Assembly: GCA_951406725.2 (NCBI GenBank)
Contig: OX597819.1
Location: 29,574,001 to 29,638,000, forward strand
Source of the DNA: Octopus vulgaris
Lineage: Eukaryota
Length of the DNA: 64,000 nucleotides
Reading direction: 5' to 3'
In this document: positions 36,505-49,345 of the stretch, in pieces
How the letters are laid out: the number at the start of each line of letters is the position of its first letter
Numbering within the stretch: position 1 is the stretch's first letter
The notes under the pieces: generated by a model
What the model was told of the DNA's origin: nothing
Databases searched by the model: none
The model's input: only the letters and a program-made list of their open reading frames with translations
Made by a program: the position numbers and the translations under genes

Positions 36505-37507
36505 TATTCATTGATAACAACTGTTTCAATTTACTTGAATTTCATCAGTATGAAGCAATCAAAGATTTATTAATTACAAGATTTCACAATGGAGGTCAGG
36601 GAGAGAAGAAAGAGAGGGTGAAAGAAAGGGGGGAAAGAGAGAGAGAGAGAGAAAAACAGAGAAAAATATTTCGGTAAAGAGGAAGATCCAGAAGATATAT
36701 GAAAGCAGTTCACTGGAAGAGCATTTTATGTCATAATTTAATCAGCTGTGTAGATAGATAGATGTGTGGCTTAGTGGTTAGAGTATTTGGCCCTTGATCA
36801 TAAAGTCGTGAGTTCAATTCCTGGTGGTGTGGCATGTCTTTGAGCAAGACACTAATATTTTCTGGTGTTGAAAGTTACTCTCATATTCAGAATGGTACAC
36901 TCCAACTCCTTGGTTACTGGTATGCTGTACTGCATCCTGAAGAAGAATATCTTCTTTCCATACTAAAATCTTGGCTCATTTTCAAGTTGTTTTCTCTCTT
37001 TACCGATTCTCTGTTCTTCCTAGTCTATCATCTGCAGCCTATTTCTGAAAGAATCTACTTATTAATATTTTCTCTGCTTCTTATTTGCTGACACTAAGAT
37101 TTTGTTCTTGAGCCATGCACTGAAAATATCATATCTCCTCTATTTGGCTAACCTATTGAACTTTCTTTTATTCCAAATATCATCAACTTACCGTTATCCT
37201 GTAACTCTTCATGCTATCTGCTAAACTATACACAAATAACACTGACTTTTTATCTCCATTTAATTTATTTTGTTTTGTTTTCATCACTTAGTTGCGAGTA
37301 GAAGGGGAATGCTCATGACCCATATCAGGCCCTCTGTGAGTGATGGGAGAAGGAGAGAAATTTATCACCAGTAGAAAACAGATCTTCAAAGATAATGATA
37401 AAGAAAGGCAGTGAAATGTTCTGTCTGAAGGAGGAGAATTGGTAGACTGTAAATTTACGACTCTGTGTTAATGGTATAGAAAATAGTCTACACAGGGCAC
37501 AATGTGA

Positions 37508-37915
37508 GGATCTTTTCGGTTTGAACGGCAGTTTTTGACATAATTTCTAGGTAACTAAAAAATTTTAAACTTCGTATACTGGTAGAATGTGTTTATAAAA
37601 CATCTTTTTCTCTTGGCTTTATTGAGAAAATTCTATAGTTTGTGAGATATTTGTTGTTTTTTTTCTTCAATTTTAACCAATCACTGACGTCTATTGAGGT
37701 AAAAAACATTCTGTGCCGTATAAATATGTCCCTCGTTTAAGAAACAGATTAGGTTTATTTACATTTATGAAGAAAAAAAGATACCCTTCCACCCACCCCT
37801 AACCCTAACCCTAAAAGAGATTGAAATGCAATAGATCGATACTAGGGTCATAATTATGGGTGACAATTTCATATGACACCGCTAGAAAAAACTGCCGTTC
37901 AAACTGAAAACATCC
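37508..37915. mobile_element. GGATC-TIR MITE copy
   Basis: Perfect TSD caatgtga; inserted in a ~21-bp minisatellite (37480-38560). Confidence 0.9.
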
Positions 37916-38072
37916 CAATGTGAAATAATGAAGCAGACTGTTAGATATAGAGCATACAGGGAAATAATGGGACATACAGTGAAATATCAGATACACTGTT
38001 AAAATATGAGACACATTGTGAAATGTATGGTACACTGGGAAATAACTGAGTACATAGTAAAATATATAGCAC

Positions 38073-38485
38073 AGGCGCAGGAGTGGCTGTGTGGTAAGTA
38101 GCTTGCTTACCAACCACATGGTTCTGGGTTCAGTCCCACTGCATGGCACCTTGGGCAAGTATCCTCTGCTATAGCCTCGGGCCGACCAAAGCCTTGTGGG
38201 TGGATGTGGTAGACTGAAACTGAAAGAAGCCCGTTGTATATATTTATATATGTATGTGTGTGTGTGTGTATACGTTTGTGTGTCTGTGTTTGTCCCCCCC
38301 ACCCCCGCCAACATTGCTTGATAACCGATGGTGGTGTGTTTACATCCCTGTAACTTAGTGGTTCGGCAAAAGAGACTGATAGAATAAGTACTAGGCTTAC
38401 AAAGAATAAGTCCTGGAGTCGATTTCCTCGACTAAAGGCGGTGCTCCGGCATGGCCACAGTCAAATGACTGAAACAAGTAAAAGA
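38073..38485 (+). mobile_element. SINE family A
   Basis: Full-length homology to 815-1212. Confidence 0.9.
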
Positions 38486-39364
38486 ACACAAGGTAAAACA
38501 TAGGGTACACTGTGAAATAAAAGGCATACTCTAAAATAACAAGGCACACTGTGACATATTCACCACTTATAGTACACCAAATATATTACAGTAATTAACA
38601 GAATTGGCAACCAAGTAGAATCTGATATAACGAAAATTATTGTTTCTGTGGTTCACTTGAAGTATTGTTACTGATATAATAACAAGGATGAATGATGGAA
38701 ATCTACCACAATGCTTAGGAAACAGTAAAATAATTTATACAACATTTTGCTTTAATATAGAACTTTAACGAAAAAACAAAATATAAATTGCATTTAAATG
38801 TGAAAAATGATGTCTATCATGATATACTGAATATTGGGTAGAAAATGGATTAAAAGAATTTCGAAGATTTACAATGCTTTAGACAAAGTGATTATCTCAG
38901 TATAAACGGTAGATTTATGTAGTGTGAATGGTAGAGTTATGATGTTTGTATTATAATCGAAATACTGTATGATAATAAAATATATGTACAATGTGAATAT
39001 AAATGACATCGTGAATAAATAGGTGGAAAATGTGACAGGATATTACATTCTGCAATAAATCACTTTTGTCTAGGACCTGAAATAGAAACTGCTATATTAA
39101 TATAATATGTTAATTAATGGGAATTAATGGGTGAAAATAGATCTTAATAGATGGACAATGGAATAAATAAAACTCTTACAATGTTAGTCTCTGTAGATGA
39201 GAGAAATTTAGCTTGAATAGAAATACGTCATTTTGCAGAGTATACCTGAAATGATAAAAGGAAGATAGAGCATGAATATTTATTCATTACATACTTCTAA
39301 AGCAAAACAAACTAGTTCTTTGAGGGCCTAATTAACTGGAATACTTCTAGCATATATAGATTTC

Positions 39365-39805
39365 GGATCTTTTTGGTTTGAACGGCAGTTTTTAACATAA
39401 TTTCTAGGTAACTAAAAAATTTTAAACTTCGTATACTGGTAGAATGCGTTTATAAAACATCTTTTTCTCTTGCCTTTTTTGATAAAATTCTATAGTTTGT
39501 ACGATATTTGTTGTTTTTTTTCTTCAATTTCTGCAATTTCATCCAATCACTGACGTCTATTGAGGTAAAAAACATTCTGTGCCGTATGAATATGTCCCTC
39601 GTTTAAGAAACAGATTGGGTTTATTTACATTTGTGAAGAAAAAGATACCCTTCCCCCACCCCCACCCTAACCCTAACCCTAACCCTAACTAACCCTAACC
39701 CTAAAAGAGATTGAAATGCAATAGATCGATTCTAGGGTCATAATTATGGGTGCCAATTTCATATGACACCGCTAGAAAAAACTGCCGTTTAAACCGAAAA
39801 GATCC
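39365..39805. mobile_element. GGATC-TIR MITE copy with longest (CCCTAA)n tract
   Basis: TIRs; ~6 telomere-type repeats at 39664-39704. Confidence 0.9.
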
Positions 39806-40304
39806 TAGAAAAGTGACTGCTAGTTGTTAGGTTTCTGCCAGTGGTTTGTTATGATGATATTAGCTAGGTTCAACCACTGCCTGTGACTGTTCACAATCCA
39901 TCTGCCTTGTCATTTCAGTTACATCCCAAAGCTCTCTTTCTGGTAAATGTGTATGTGCGTGTGTATGTCATATTACATCTGTTGATGGGCTCAGAAAGGA
40001 AGGTGCCAAAAATTGATATGGTTGATGGAGCCTATTCCATATGAAGTTGTGATTGGCCAGATTTTGTTGATCACACAGGTAGTATTCTTTCCAGGCAAAG
40101 TTGCTGATCATGCAGGTAACATCCCAGTGAATTGTGACACTTGGGTGATTGCTGAATATTCTCACTACAACTATACAAGGTTTGAACCCACAACATAAAG
40201 TTGTAACTAGATACTTTGAAACATTCTGTCTAACTCTCTACTGGTTCAGCCAGATCCACTGCTCTTTAATGAATAAAGCAAATATAATTAGTTATATCAT
40301 AAAA

Positions 40305-40667
40305 CTAGCACTATGACCTGGCAACGCCGTGTCATAGTGCTTAGTGCATGCATATACAGCTGCGTGCGTGCACACATACACGCGAGTACTGTCCAAATCT
40401 CCGACCAATCACATACAGCTAGTTGGCATTCAATTGGCGTATCAGGTTTCGGGCATTTTGATTGGGTTTTGGATAGAAAATTCACAAAAAAGTCACTTCT
40501 ATTGATTTTTTAATGACTTTGCAGGGTGACTGGGGAAATGTAAAGATGTGCATGACCACCCTTGCACGGTTTTGAATGACCATAGAAAGTGCAAGCCCTC
40601 TAACTGAAAAATTGTAGATTTGTATAAAGGACACAAACACAGACATTTTGCCGTTTATATATAGAGA
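40305..40667 (-). mobile_element. Non-autonomous Helitron (~363 bp)
   Basis: Minus strand: A|TCTCTATATATAAA 5'; gcactatgac..gtcatagtgc hairpin abutting CTAG|T. Confidence 0.8.
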
Positions 40668-41162
40668 TTCTTTTTTTGTAATGTTTGCAAGAAGAGGACA
40701 TGCCCTTGGCTTTTGTAGGTTCTTAAAGAGTGGAGTGATTAATATAGTTACTATTACTTTTGAACAGCTACAAATCAACAAAAGCATAGAAGGAATTAGA
40801 ATCGTATTACATACATGACATAGTGCAGTGTTTTTTTAATTCTAAAACCAGTCAATGACAAGATTAGTATAAAATTAAATAATTCCATTAATGAAGATGT
40901 TTCTAGTTTTGCTTTAAGGGTCATTTCTAGTAGTATAATAATACACAAAACCATTGAATTCACTTTAAATTCAAATTTATATAGATTTATACAGGTGCAA
41001 GCATGGCTGTATGGTAAGAAGTTTGCTTTCCAGCCACACAGTGCTTAGTTCAGTCCCAGTTCACGGCACCTTGGGCAAGTGTTCTTCTGCTATAGCTACT
41101 GGCTGACCAAAGCCTTGTGAGTAGATTTGGTAGGACATATATACATATATATATATATATAT

Positions 41163-41461
41163 CATTGTGACCGACCAGGCTATCAGATGTTGCTACAAAT
41201 CACTGGTAACAATGCACTTTGCATTGTTTTAGCCTTCAAATGACGCCACCCCGCTGGCTAAGCAAGCAGGCCAATAGAAGAAAGAGTGAGAGAAAGTTGT
41301 GGCGAAAGAGAACAGCAGGGATCACCACCACCCCCTGCTGGAGCCTTGTGGAGCTTTAGGTGTTTTCGCTCAATAAACACTCACAACACCTGGTCTGGGA
41401 ATCGAAACCACGGTCCTACAACTGCGAGTCCGCTGTCCTACCCATTGGGCCATTGTGCCTC

Positions 41462-41464
<3 letters not shown>
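41163..41464 (-). mobile_element. SINE family C, tail type 1
   Basis: Homologous to 14864-15168; tail abuts (TA)n. Confidence 0.85.
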
Positions 41465-41497
<33 letters not shown>

Positions 41498-41556
41498 ACA
41501 TATATACATATATACACATGCGCAAGCATGCACACACACATACACACACACAAAAC

Positions 41557-42001
41557 TTAACATGGATGTGGAGTTAGAACACAGGATACTGTTACTAACC
41601 TTCAGGGAACCTCTCATGAGGATTCATGGAGCATAAAAGCACTTGTATTTAAATCATTGACAGATGAGAACAGTCTGCTATGGCTGCCAGAAATGCCAGG
41701 TCACATGATTTCACACTGTTTTGGGCTCCTCAGTGGCAGACCTCCAGTAGCAATATAGCAACGAATCTCCTGCCAACTATACATAAAATATCAGTGCCAG
41801 TGTAGGGATTGATATCACAAATGGTTAATGGGAAAATTAAAAAATAATTGATGGTGGCAAGAGCAGTATTAAGACCAAAAGGAAATCTTTAACATGGATG
41901 TTAGAACCCGGAATACTGCATTGTATACCAACATATGACAGAGTTGTGGTACATAGAAGCACTTTTATTTATATCATTGACAAATGACAACTGTTTGCTA
42001 T
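41557..42001 (-). mobile_element. Decayed retrozyme-like element: ~120-bp direct repeats (period ~325) with hammerhead remnant
   Basis: 41557-41681 similar to 41889-42001; minus-strand gcca-CTGAGGA-gc..gt-GAAA-tcatgtga-cc-tggc at 41695-41737; microsatellite flanks. Confidence 0.6.
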
Positions 42002-42088
42002 ACATACATACATACATTCATACATACATACATTACATGACATACACACACACATGCTCACACACACACGCACACACACACACACATT

Positions 42089-42320
42089 AAGGTGGCGAGC
42101 TGGCAGAAACGCTAGCACGGCGGGCGAAATGCGTAGCCGTATTTCGTCTGCTGTTACGTTCTGAGTTCAAATTCTGCTGAGGTCGACTTTGCTTTTCATC
42201 CTTTCGGGGTCAGTAAATAAAATACCAGTTACACACTGGGGTCAATGTAATCGACTTAATCCCTTTGTCTGTCCTTGTTTGTCCCCTCTATGTTTAGCCC
42301 CTTGTGGGCAATAAAGAAAT
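42089..42320 (+). mobile_element. SINE family B (full length)
   Basis: ggtggcgagctggcagaaacg head, gagttcaaattc B box, Nin/Deu-type core. Confidence 0.9.
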
Positions 42321-42462
42321 ATATATATTATGGAGGAATTGTACAAAATGTATAAATGGATGATGGGCTAGCATGAGAGGTGGGAGGAAGTAGGTGTGAG
42401 AAGGAGATTAATTTTGACCAATTTTATGCTTGACCTGGGCACAACTTACCCTAGCTAGGCCC

Positions 42463-42507
<45 letters not shown>

Positions 42508-42517
42508 TATATATATA

Positions 42518-42637
42518 CAGGGGCCTAGCTAGAGTAAGTTGCGCCCAGGTCAAGCATAAAATTGGCCAAAATTGTGCCCCATTGAATGTGGAGCCCAGGG
42601 CATGTGCCCTGCTTGCCCCACTCTAGCTCCACCCCTG
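42518..42637. mobile_element. Small hAT-like MITE with inverted partial duplicate at 42410-42465
   Basis: caggggcctagctagagt ... actctagctccacccctg TIRs. Confidence 0.55.
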
Positions 42638-42643
42638 TATGTA

Positions 42644-42690
42644 TCCCATGTGGTCTAGTGGTTAGGATTCCTGGCTTTCACCCAGGTGCC
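42644..42690 (+). pseudogene. tRNA-Glu(TTC) 5' fragment (acceptor 5', D arm, anticodon arm; no T arm)
   Basis: tcccatgtggtctagtggttaggattcctggctTTCacccaggtg closely matches conserved eukaryotic tRNA-Glu(UUC). Confidence 0.8.
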
Positions 42691-43199
42691 TCTCCCCTAC
42701 TCACAGGGGGGTGCTCCAGCATGACTGCATGGCTGAAATGAGTAAAAGAATAAGTGTGTGTGTGTGTGTGTGTGTGTATGCATGTCTCTCTGTAAATGTA
42801 TGTATCAATGTGTGTCTATACACATGAATACATGTCTATTTATGCCTGTATAAATCGTTAATGTATCTAAATATGCAAACTCTAAATTTTATGACCATAT
42901 ATTTTATTTTATTTTACCTTTTTATTTCTTATCTTCTCTTCTGGGCTGTTTACTATCATTCAACACGTTCTTCACATGCCAACCAATTCTTCTAATCTTG
43001 ATAAACTCCTAATGACCTTCTTAAATACTTTTGACCCCTTCTAAATGCATTCATTCTTCTCACTTTTCTTTTATGCATATACATACATACATACATACGT
43101 ATGTATGTATAAATATATGTATATATATATGTGTGTGTAAATATGTATATATATATATATTTGTGTGTGTATGTGTGTGGTTATATATGTGGGCATATG

Positions 43200-43240
<41 letters not shown>

Positions 43241-43648
43241 TTATACGTATGTATGTACGTGTACATGCATGGGTACATAAATATCAGTGTCTGCATCTAT
43301 GCCTGTATTTATATGTATATCATATATATGTACATATGTTTGTATGTATATGCTCTTTATGTGTATATACGTGTATATTTGTACTATATATTACTGAGTC
43401 CAACCACACACATACATACACAACCACAACCACACACACACAGACATGCACATACACGTGCTATCATTACGCACACACACAGACCTGCATGCATGCACAT
43501 ACCCACACATACCTCCTTCTCTTGCACTCTCCTGTCTTTGAAAAAACTTTTTCTTCACCCATTCCTTTCCAGTCATTTCAATATGTGACAGTGTGTGTAT
43601 CATTGGCGATTTTCTTACTCCGTCTTCCCATCTTAGGAGATTTTCTAT

Positions 43649-43683
43649 ATTTCTGATGAAGAGCTCCGCTCGAAATGTGAAAT
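43649..43683 (+). ncRNA. Minimal hammerhead remnant
   Basis: attt-CTGATGA-a-gagc tcc gctc-GAAA-tgtg-aaat; stem III and cleavage triplet mutated. Confidence 0.6.
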
Positions 43684-43955
43684 CCTCTTTCTTTTCTTTC
43701 CTTTTCTGAGCTTCCAATAACACTGTACTTATTCCACGTCCTCACATTGTTGTTTTATCTTGCTTGTTCATGTCTGTATTGACTATATATATATATATAC
43801 ATATATGTGCATATACATATATATATATAATATATGTGTATATATGTATATATATATATATATGGGGAGGGGATTCACAAAAGAACAAAAGACAAAGAAA
43901 GGTGGTGTTGACAACAAGCAGATGTATTAGTTTAATGCTTGGGAAGTGAAAAAGT

Positions 43956-43991
43956 CTTTAACGTTTCGAGCCTATGCTCTTCCACAGAAAG
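43956..43991 (-). ncRNA. Minimal hammerhead-like motif (CTGTGGA variant)
   Basis: cttt-CTGTGGA-a-gagc atag gctc-GAAAC-GTT-aaag; same family as 6839-6874. Confidence 0.6.
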
Positions 43992-44589
43992 GAACACAGA
44001 AATAAACAAGATGAGAAAATAAAGAATGTGTAATGGCAAGCGATCTATCAAGGCAAATGCCGGACAGAAGGGTCACACAGGAGAGCTAGGAAGAAGGGGA
44101 GATAATATAGGAGTGGTGATCTGAAAATGAAGGTACACATGCATGTGTATAAGAGAGAATGTATGTGCATGTGGAAGAGGGCTGGTGACCTTGACGTGTG
44201 TGTGTGCATGTGTAGGTGCATGGATGATGGTGTTGGGCTGGGAAGTGGTCAGTGCTAGTGTGTGCATGGTGGTGTATGGTATGATGGTGTGTGGTGTGGT
44301 GTGGTGTGGTGGTGTTGGGATGTGGGGGAAGCGAGAATGGGGAAAGCAATGGTGGGGTGTGGGTTAGCAAGAGAGAAAAGGTAGGTGGGAGGAAGTAGGT
44401 GTGAGAGGGAGCGAGGAGAAGGGAAGAGGGTTAGCTGAAGAGGGGAGGATAATTGAGCCCATGTGGTGCAAAGGAGCAAAGAGAGATTAATCCCTGTTCA
44501 TGGCAAAAATGGGAGTCTGGATGGCCTCTGTGCAAGGACATTCCAAACACAGACGAGTGTTGCCAAGAATGACTGGTAGAGCAGAAATG

Positions 44590-44833
44590 GCATATAGGTT
44601 CTCCATCTGGATGGGATATTGGTCTGTTGCAGGTGAGCTGCTAGATGCTGGAGGAAAGAGTGAGAGAAAGTTGTGATGAAAGAGTTAGCAGAAGTTTGCC
44701 ATTACCTTCTGCTGGAGCTGTGTGGAGCTTAGGTGTTTCGCTCATAAACACACACATTGCCCGGTCTGAGATTCAAACTCATGATCTCTCGATCACGAGT
44801 CTGCTACTCTAACCGCTAGGCCAGGTACCTCAA
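44590..44833 (-). mobile_element. SINE family C, tail type 3
   Basis: Homologous to 16925-17227. Confidence 0.75.
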
Positions 44834-45102
44834 CATTGTTTTGAATTAATCATGCTTAATCTTGTAGCCTCACAATTTCAACAATGTGACTTGTTATTTA
44901 TAGAATGATATTGTTAAGTAGGTGTGAGAGAGAGGTTACATCAGGCCAGTTTGAACATAAAATGAGTAGAATATTTGTGTTGGAAATGGCCAGTTTAATT
45001 GCTCTGGGGTTAAAGACCTGTGACTGATTTGACTGAATTTTGAATTATCAAATAAGTAAGTATCAGAAAATACTTGATGTTTGGTTTAATATTTCAATAT
45101 AG

Positions 45103-45430
45103 AAGGCAGCGAGCTGGCAGAATCATTAGCACGCCGGGTGAAATGCTTAGCGGTATTTCGTTTGCCGCTACATTCTGAGTTCAAATTCCGCCGAGGTCGA
45201 CTTTGCCTTTCATCTTTTTTGGGGTTGATTAAATAAGTACCAGTTACAACACTGGGGTCGATATAATCGACTTAATCTGTTTGTCTGTCCTTGTTTGTCC
45301 TCTCTGTGTTTAGCCCCTTGTGGCTAGTAAAGAAATGGGCATTTCATCTGTCTTTACGCTCTGAGTTCAAATTCCGCCGAGGTCGACTTTGCCTTTTATC
45401 CTTTCATGGTCGATAAATTAAGTACCCGTT
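45103..45430 (+). mobile_element. SINE family B with tandem duplication of core
   Basis: ctgagttcaaattccgccgaggtcgac at 45175 and 45361. Confidence 0.85.
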
Positions 45431-45717
45431 TCCTTCTTGAGGAGCTGCACTCCACAGACACATGTACCCTTAAAGTAATTTTCAGGGAGATTCAGTGTGA
45501 CACAGAGTGTGACGAGGCTGACCCTTTGAAATACAGGTACTACTCATTTTTGCCAGCAGAGTGAACAGAAGCAGCATGAAATAAAGTGTCTTGCTCAAGG
45601 ACCCAATGCACTGCTGGGAATCAAACTCACAACCTTACAACCAAGAGCTAATCGGGTGCCCCCACCCCCCCAAATAAATTTCAGGCCTTGTGCCTTGAGT
45701 AGAAAAGAATATTTCAA

Positions 45718-46123
45718 GGAGTGGCTGTGTGGTAAGTAGCTTGCTAACCAACCACATGGTTCCGGGTTCAGTCCCACTGCGTGGCATCTTGGGCAAGTGT
45801 CTTTTACTGTAGCCCCAGGCCGACCAATGCCTTGTGAGTGGATTTGGTAGACGGAAACTGAAAGAAGCCTGTCGTATATATGTATATATATATATATATA
45901 TGTGTGTGTGTATGTCTGTGTTTGTCCCCCTAGCATTACTTGACAACCGATGCTGGTGTGTTTACGTCCCCGTCACTTAGCGGTTCGGCAAAAGAAACCG
46001 ATAGAATAAGTACTAGGCTTACAAAGAATAAGTCCCGGGGTCGATTTGCTCGACTAAAGGCGGTGCTCCAGCATGGCTGCAGTCAAATGACTGAAACAAG
46101 TAAAAGAATAAAGTAAAAGAATA
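45718..46123 (+). mobile_element. SINE family A
   Basis: Full-length homology. Confidence 0.9.
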
Positions 46124-46674
46124 ACATTTCAAGTTGAAAATCTAGAGCTTAGTGGGAAAGGCATTCTTAGATCGTGTAAAAAAAGAGGGAAAAAATGTTT
46201 GCTTTTGGATCCCTAGGTTAGGTCAAACATGTGTATCAGTCTGTCAGTCTGTTTGTCTATGAGTTGTAGTGCACCTGACCACTATACACAATAATTCATT
46301 ATTATTTTTATTAGTACTGTCTCTGTCTGTCTCTTTCTATGTCTTTCTGTCTGTCTGTTTGTTTATCTGTCTGTCTGTCTGCATATGTCTGTCTGTCTGC
46401 CTTTGTCTGTCTGTTTCTGTATCATTCTCTCCTTTCCCCTTTCCCTCCCTACCCCTCTCTCTAGCCCCCCCTCTCTCTCTCTCTCTCTCAATACTAGAAT
46501 TAGCTCCATAACTTTGTTTATATTATTTTACTTCTATCTAGCTTTATGTTTGAATCATATCAGTTAACTTAGTTTAATGCTTCCTGTAATATACAAGGGG
46601 ATGCTGAAAAGTTCCTGGCTATGAGTTAAAGAAAATACTGGAGGACCAGTTGCTTATGATTTTATTCAACTGCC

Positions 46675-47312
46675 ATATCAGACTGGAGCCTGGTATAGCC
46701 TCCTGGCTTCCCAGACCCCGGTCGAACCGTCCAACCCATGCTAGCATGGAAAACGAACGTTAAACGATGATGATGATGATGATGATATATATATATACAG
46801 GGTTGGCCAAAAGCCACCGGACAGTAAATCAAAACCCATTTGATGCCAAAATTAAAACAAAAAATTAATTTATATGAGACTTCATGAATAAATAGACAAA
46901 TTACTGAAAAAAAAAAAAAAAAAAAAAAACGTGATTTTTAACTCACAGCCTTCAATAATTGAACATTTATAATTGGAACGAATAAATAAAATTTAATATG
47001 AAGTATTTATGAAATTTTGATCATGACCAATGCCAGCACCGCCTGACTGGCACCCATGCCAGTGGCACATAAAAAGTACCACCCGAATATGGTCGATGCC
47101 AGCCCCCCGCCCCTATTGGCTCCTGTACCGGTGGCACGTATAAAGCGCCCACTACACTCTTGGAGTGGTTGGTGTTAGGAAGGACATCAAGCTATAGAAA
47201 CAGAGCCAGATCAGGCTGGAGCCTGGTGCAGCCTCCAGGCTTACCAGTGCCCAGTCAAACTGTCCAACCCATGCCAGCATGGAATGCAGATGTTAAATGA
47301 TATGATGATGAT
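46675..47312 (+). mobile_element. Two RTE 3'-end fragments (46675-46786, 47020-47312) around a Tc1-like end (tacagggttggccaaaag)
   Basis: ccgtccaacccatgctagcatggaaa..cgttaaacgatgatg tails. Confidence 0.7.
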
Positions 47313-48846
47313 TTAGTTGAATATTTTTCAGCTAGAGCCGTGTGTGGGTGCTTCATTAAGTGAAATACGTATTTTTTTCCTTGTTTCATTCATTTGACTG
47401 TGGCCATAATGGAGCACTGCTTTGCTTTTTTCCCCCTGCCATATTCTTGGTGACCAAATTTTGTGAATTGAATTTGATAAACTGTGGATTCCATTGTCTT
47501 CCGCCTCTTTATCTATAATTTTCCCTGCTAATCTCCAGTTTTTCCAAGATTACCCTGGAGGCACTGTGACCTCTGTTTGCCATTAATGTTTCTGCATGAA
47601 GGTCCTAGTTGTCCACCTCACTGGAACAGCATCGTCTGAACAGTCTTATGTGCAAATGACAGTCTCTACTACACAAGCCTCATTAGTGGGCTGCTACAGA
47701 GGTGTTTGAATCGTGATATTCTTTTTTGGGGGATCCACCTTTTTCTGTTGCATTCATCAGTCTCTCTAGTATAGGACATTTGATAGGACCCAAGCCTTGA
47801 GGCACAGGACCTAATTAACCCTTATGTAGGGTTTACATGACATCAGAGTATGTCCACATATGGGTAGGCTTGTGTCTCATATGTCTAGAAGCTAGCCTGT
47901 ATACCTTCATCACATGATCATCTTTTGTTATATGACCCATAAGTGAAGTATTTGACAAATATTTTCACACTGAGCCAGAGTAGGTCTTGGAGTAATGATG
48001 ACTAAGGGATGACTCCATACAATCTTTGGAGTAGTGATGACTCCATACAATCCCAAAACTCCTGAACTCCTGAGCTGGTGTCTCACCACTGTATGCAGTT
48101 CAATGTCTCTGCTCTTAAGCAACTTTGGCAGAGTCTACTCTGTTACAAACATTCAGATCAAGTTTTTGATTTGAAAAAACTTCTTTCTCATCAGTTTTGA
48201 AGTCTCTGAAAAGCATTAAGAGAACTATCCTTCGTTCCCTGACTAATTTAAAGTACTGGCCCAATAATTTATGGCTCAGTATATATGGTAAGGCATATGG
48301 CTCATTGGTTAGAGTGTCAGGCTCACAGTCATGAGGTAGTGAGTTCGATTCCCAGACCAGATCAGGCCTCTCACAATAAACCTGCAATGTCATCCTAAAA
48401 TTAAACAAATACATCATTAAAATCTCAAAACTACAAGATAATGTATGATTAATTGAAAACAATGTGAATAAACAAGCATTACATTAGACAGAATAATTTG
48501 AATGTTAAAGGGTTAAGCCTGGCAATTTGTCCATCCCTTTTACACTCCCCACAGCACTAATCCCCTTAAGAAATACTGAACTAAGTCTTATCTCCTGCAG
48601 ATACCAACTTTGTATGTTATTAATAAAATCAATATTATTAAATACAAACTGCTGAATAAAAAGTGAAACCAGTAGATGCATGAAAGATTTTTAGTAGAAT
48701 TTCTGGGTGATGTCAATAACCCAATAATTTCATTGTACTGAATGTATAAATATAACAGACATTGAATACAGTCTAGACCTAATTGAAATGAATTTTGTCT
48801 TTATTATGACTAATTATTTTGCAAATTGCTGACTCGTTGAAAATAA

Positions 48847-49345
<499 letters not shown>

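Noticed and set aside
36505-36552. Minus-strand CTGATGA..GAAAC
   Set aside because: Stem I does not pair; likely chance in AT-rich DNA
39664-39704. (CCCTAA)n as telomere or fusion site
   Set aside because: Internal to a multi-copy MITE
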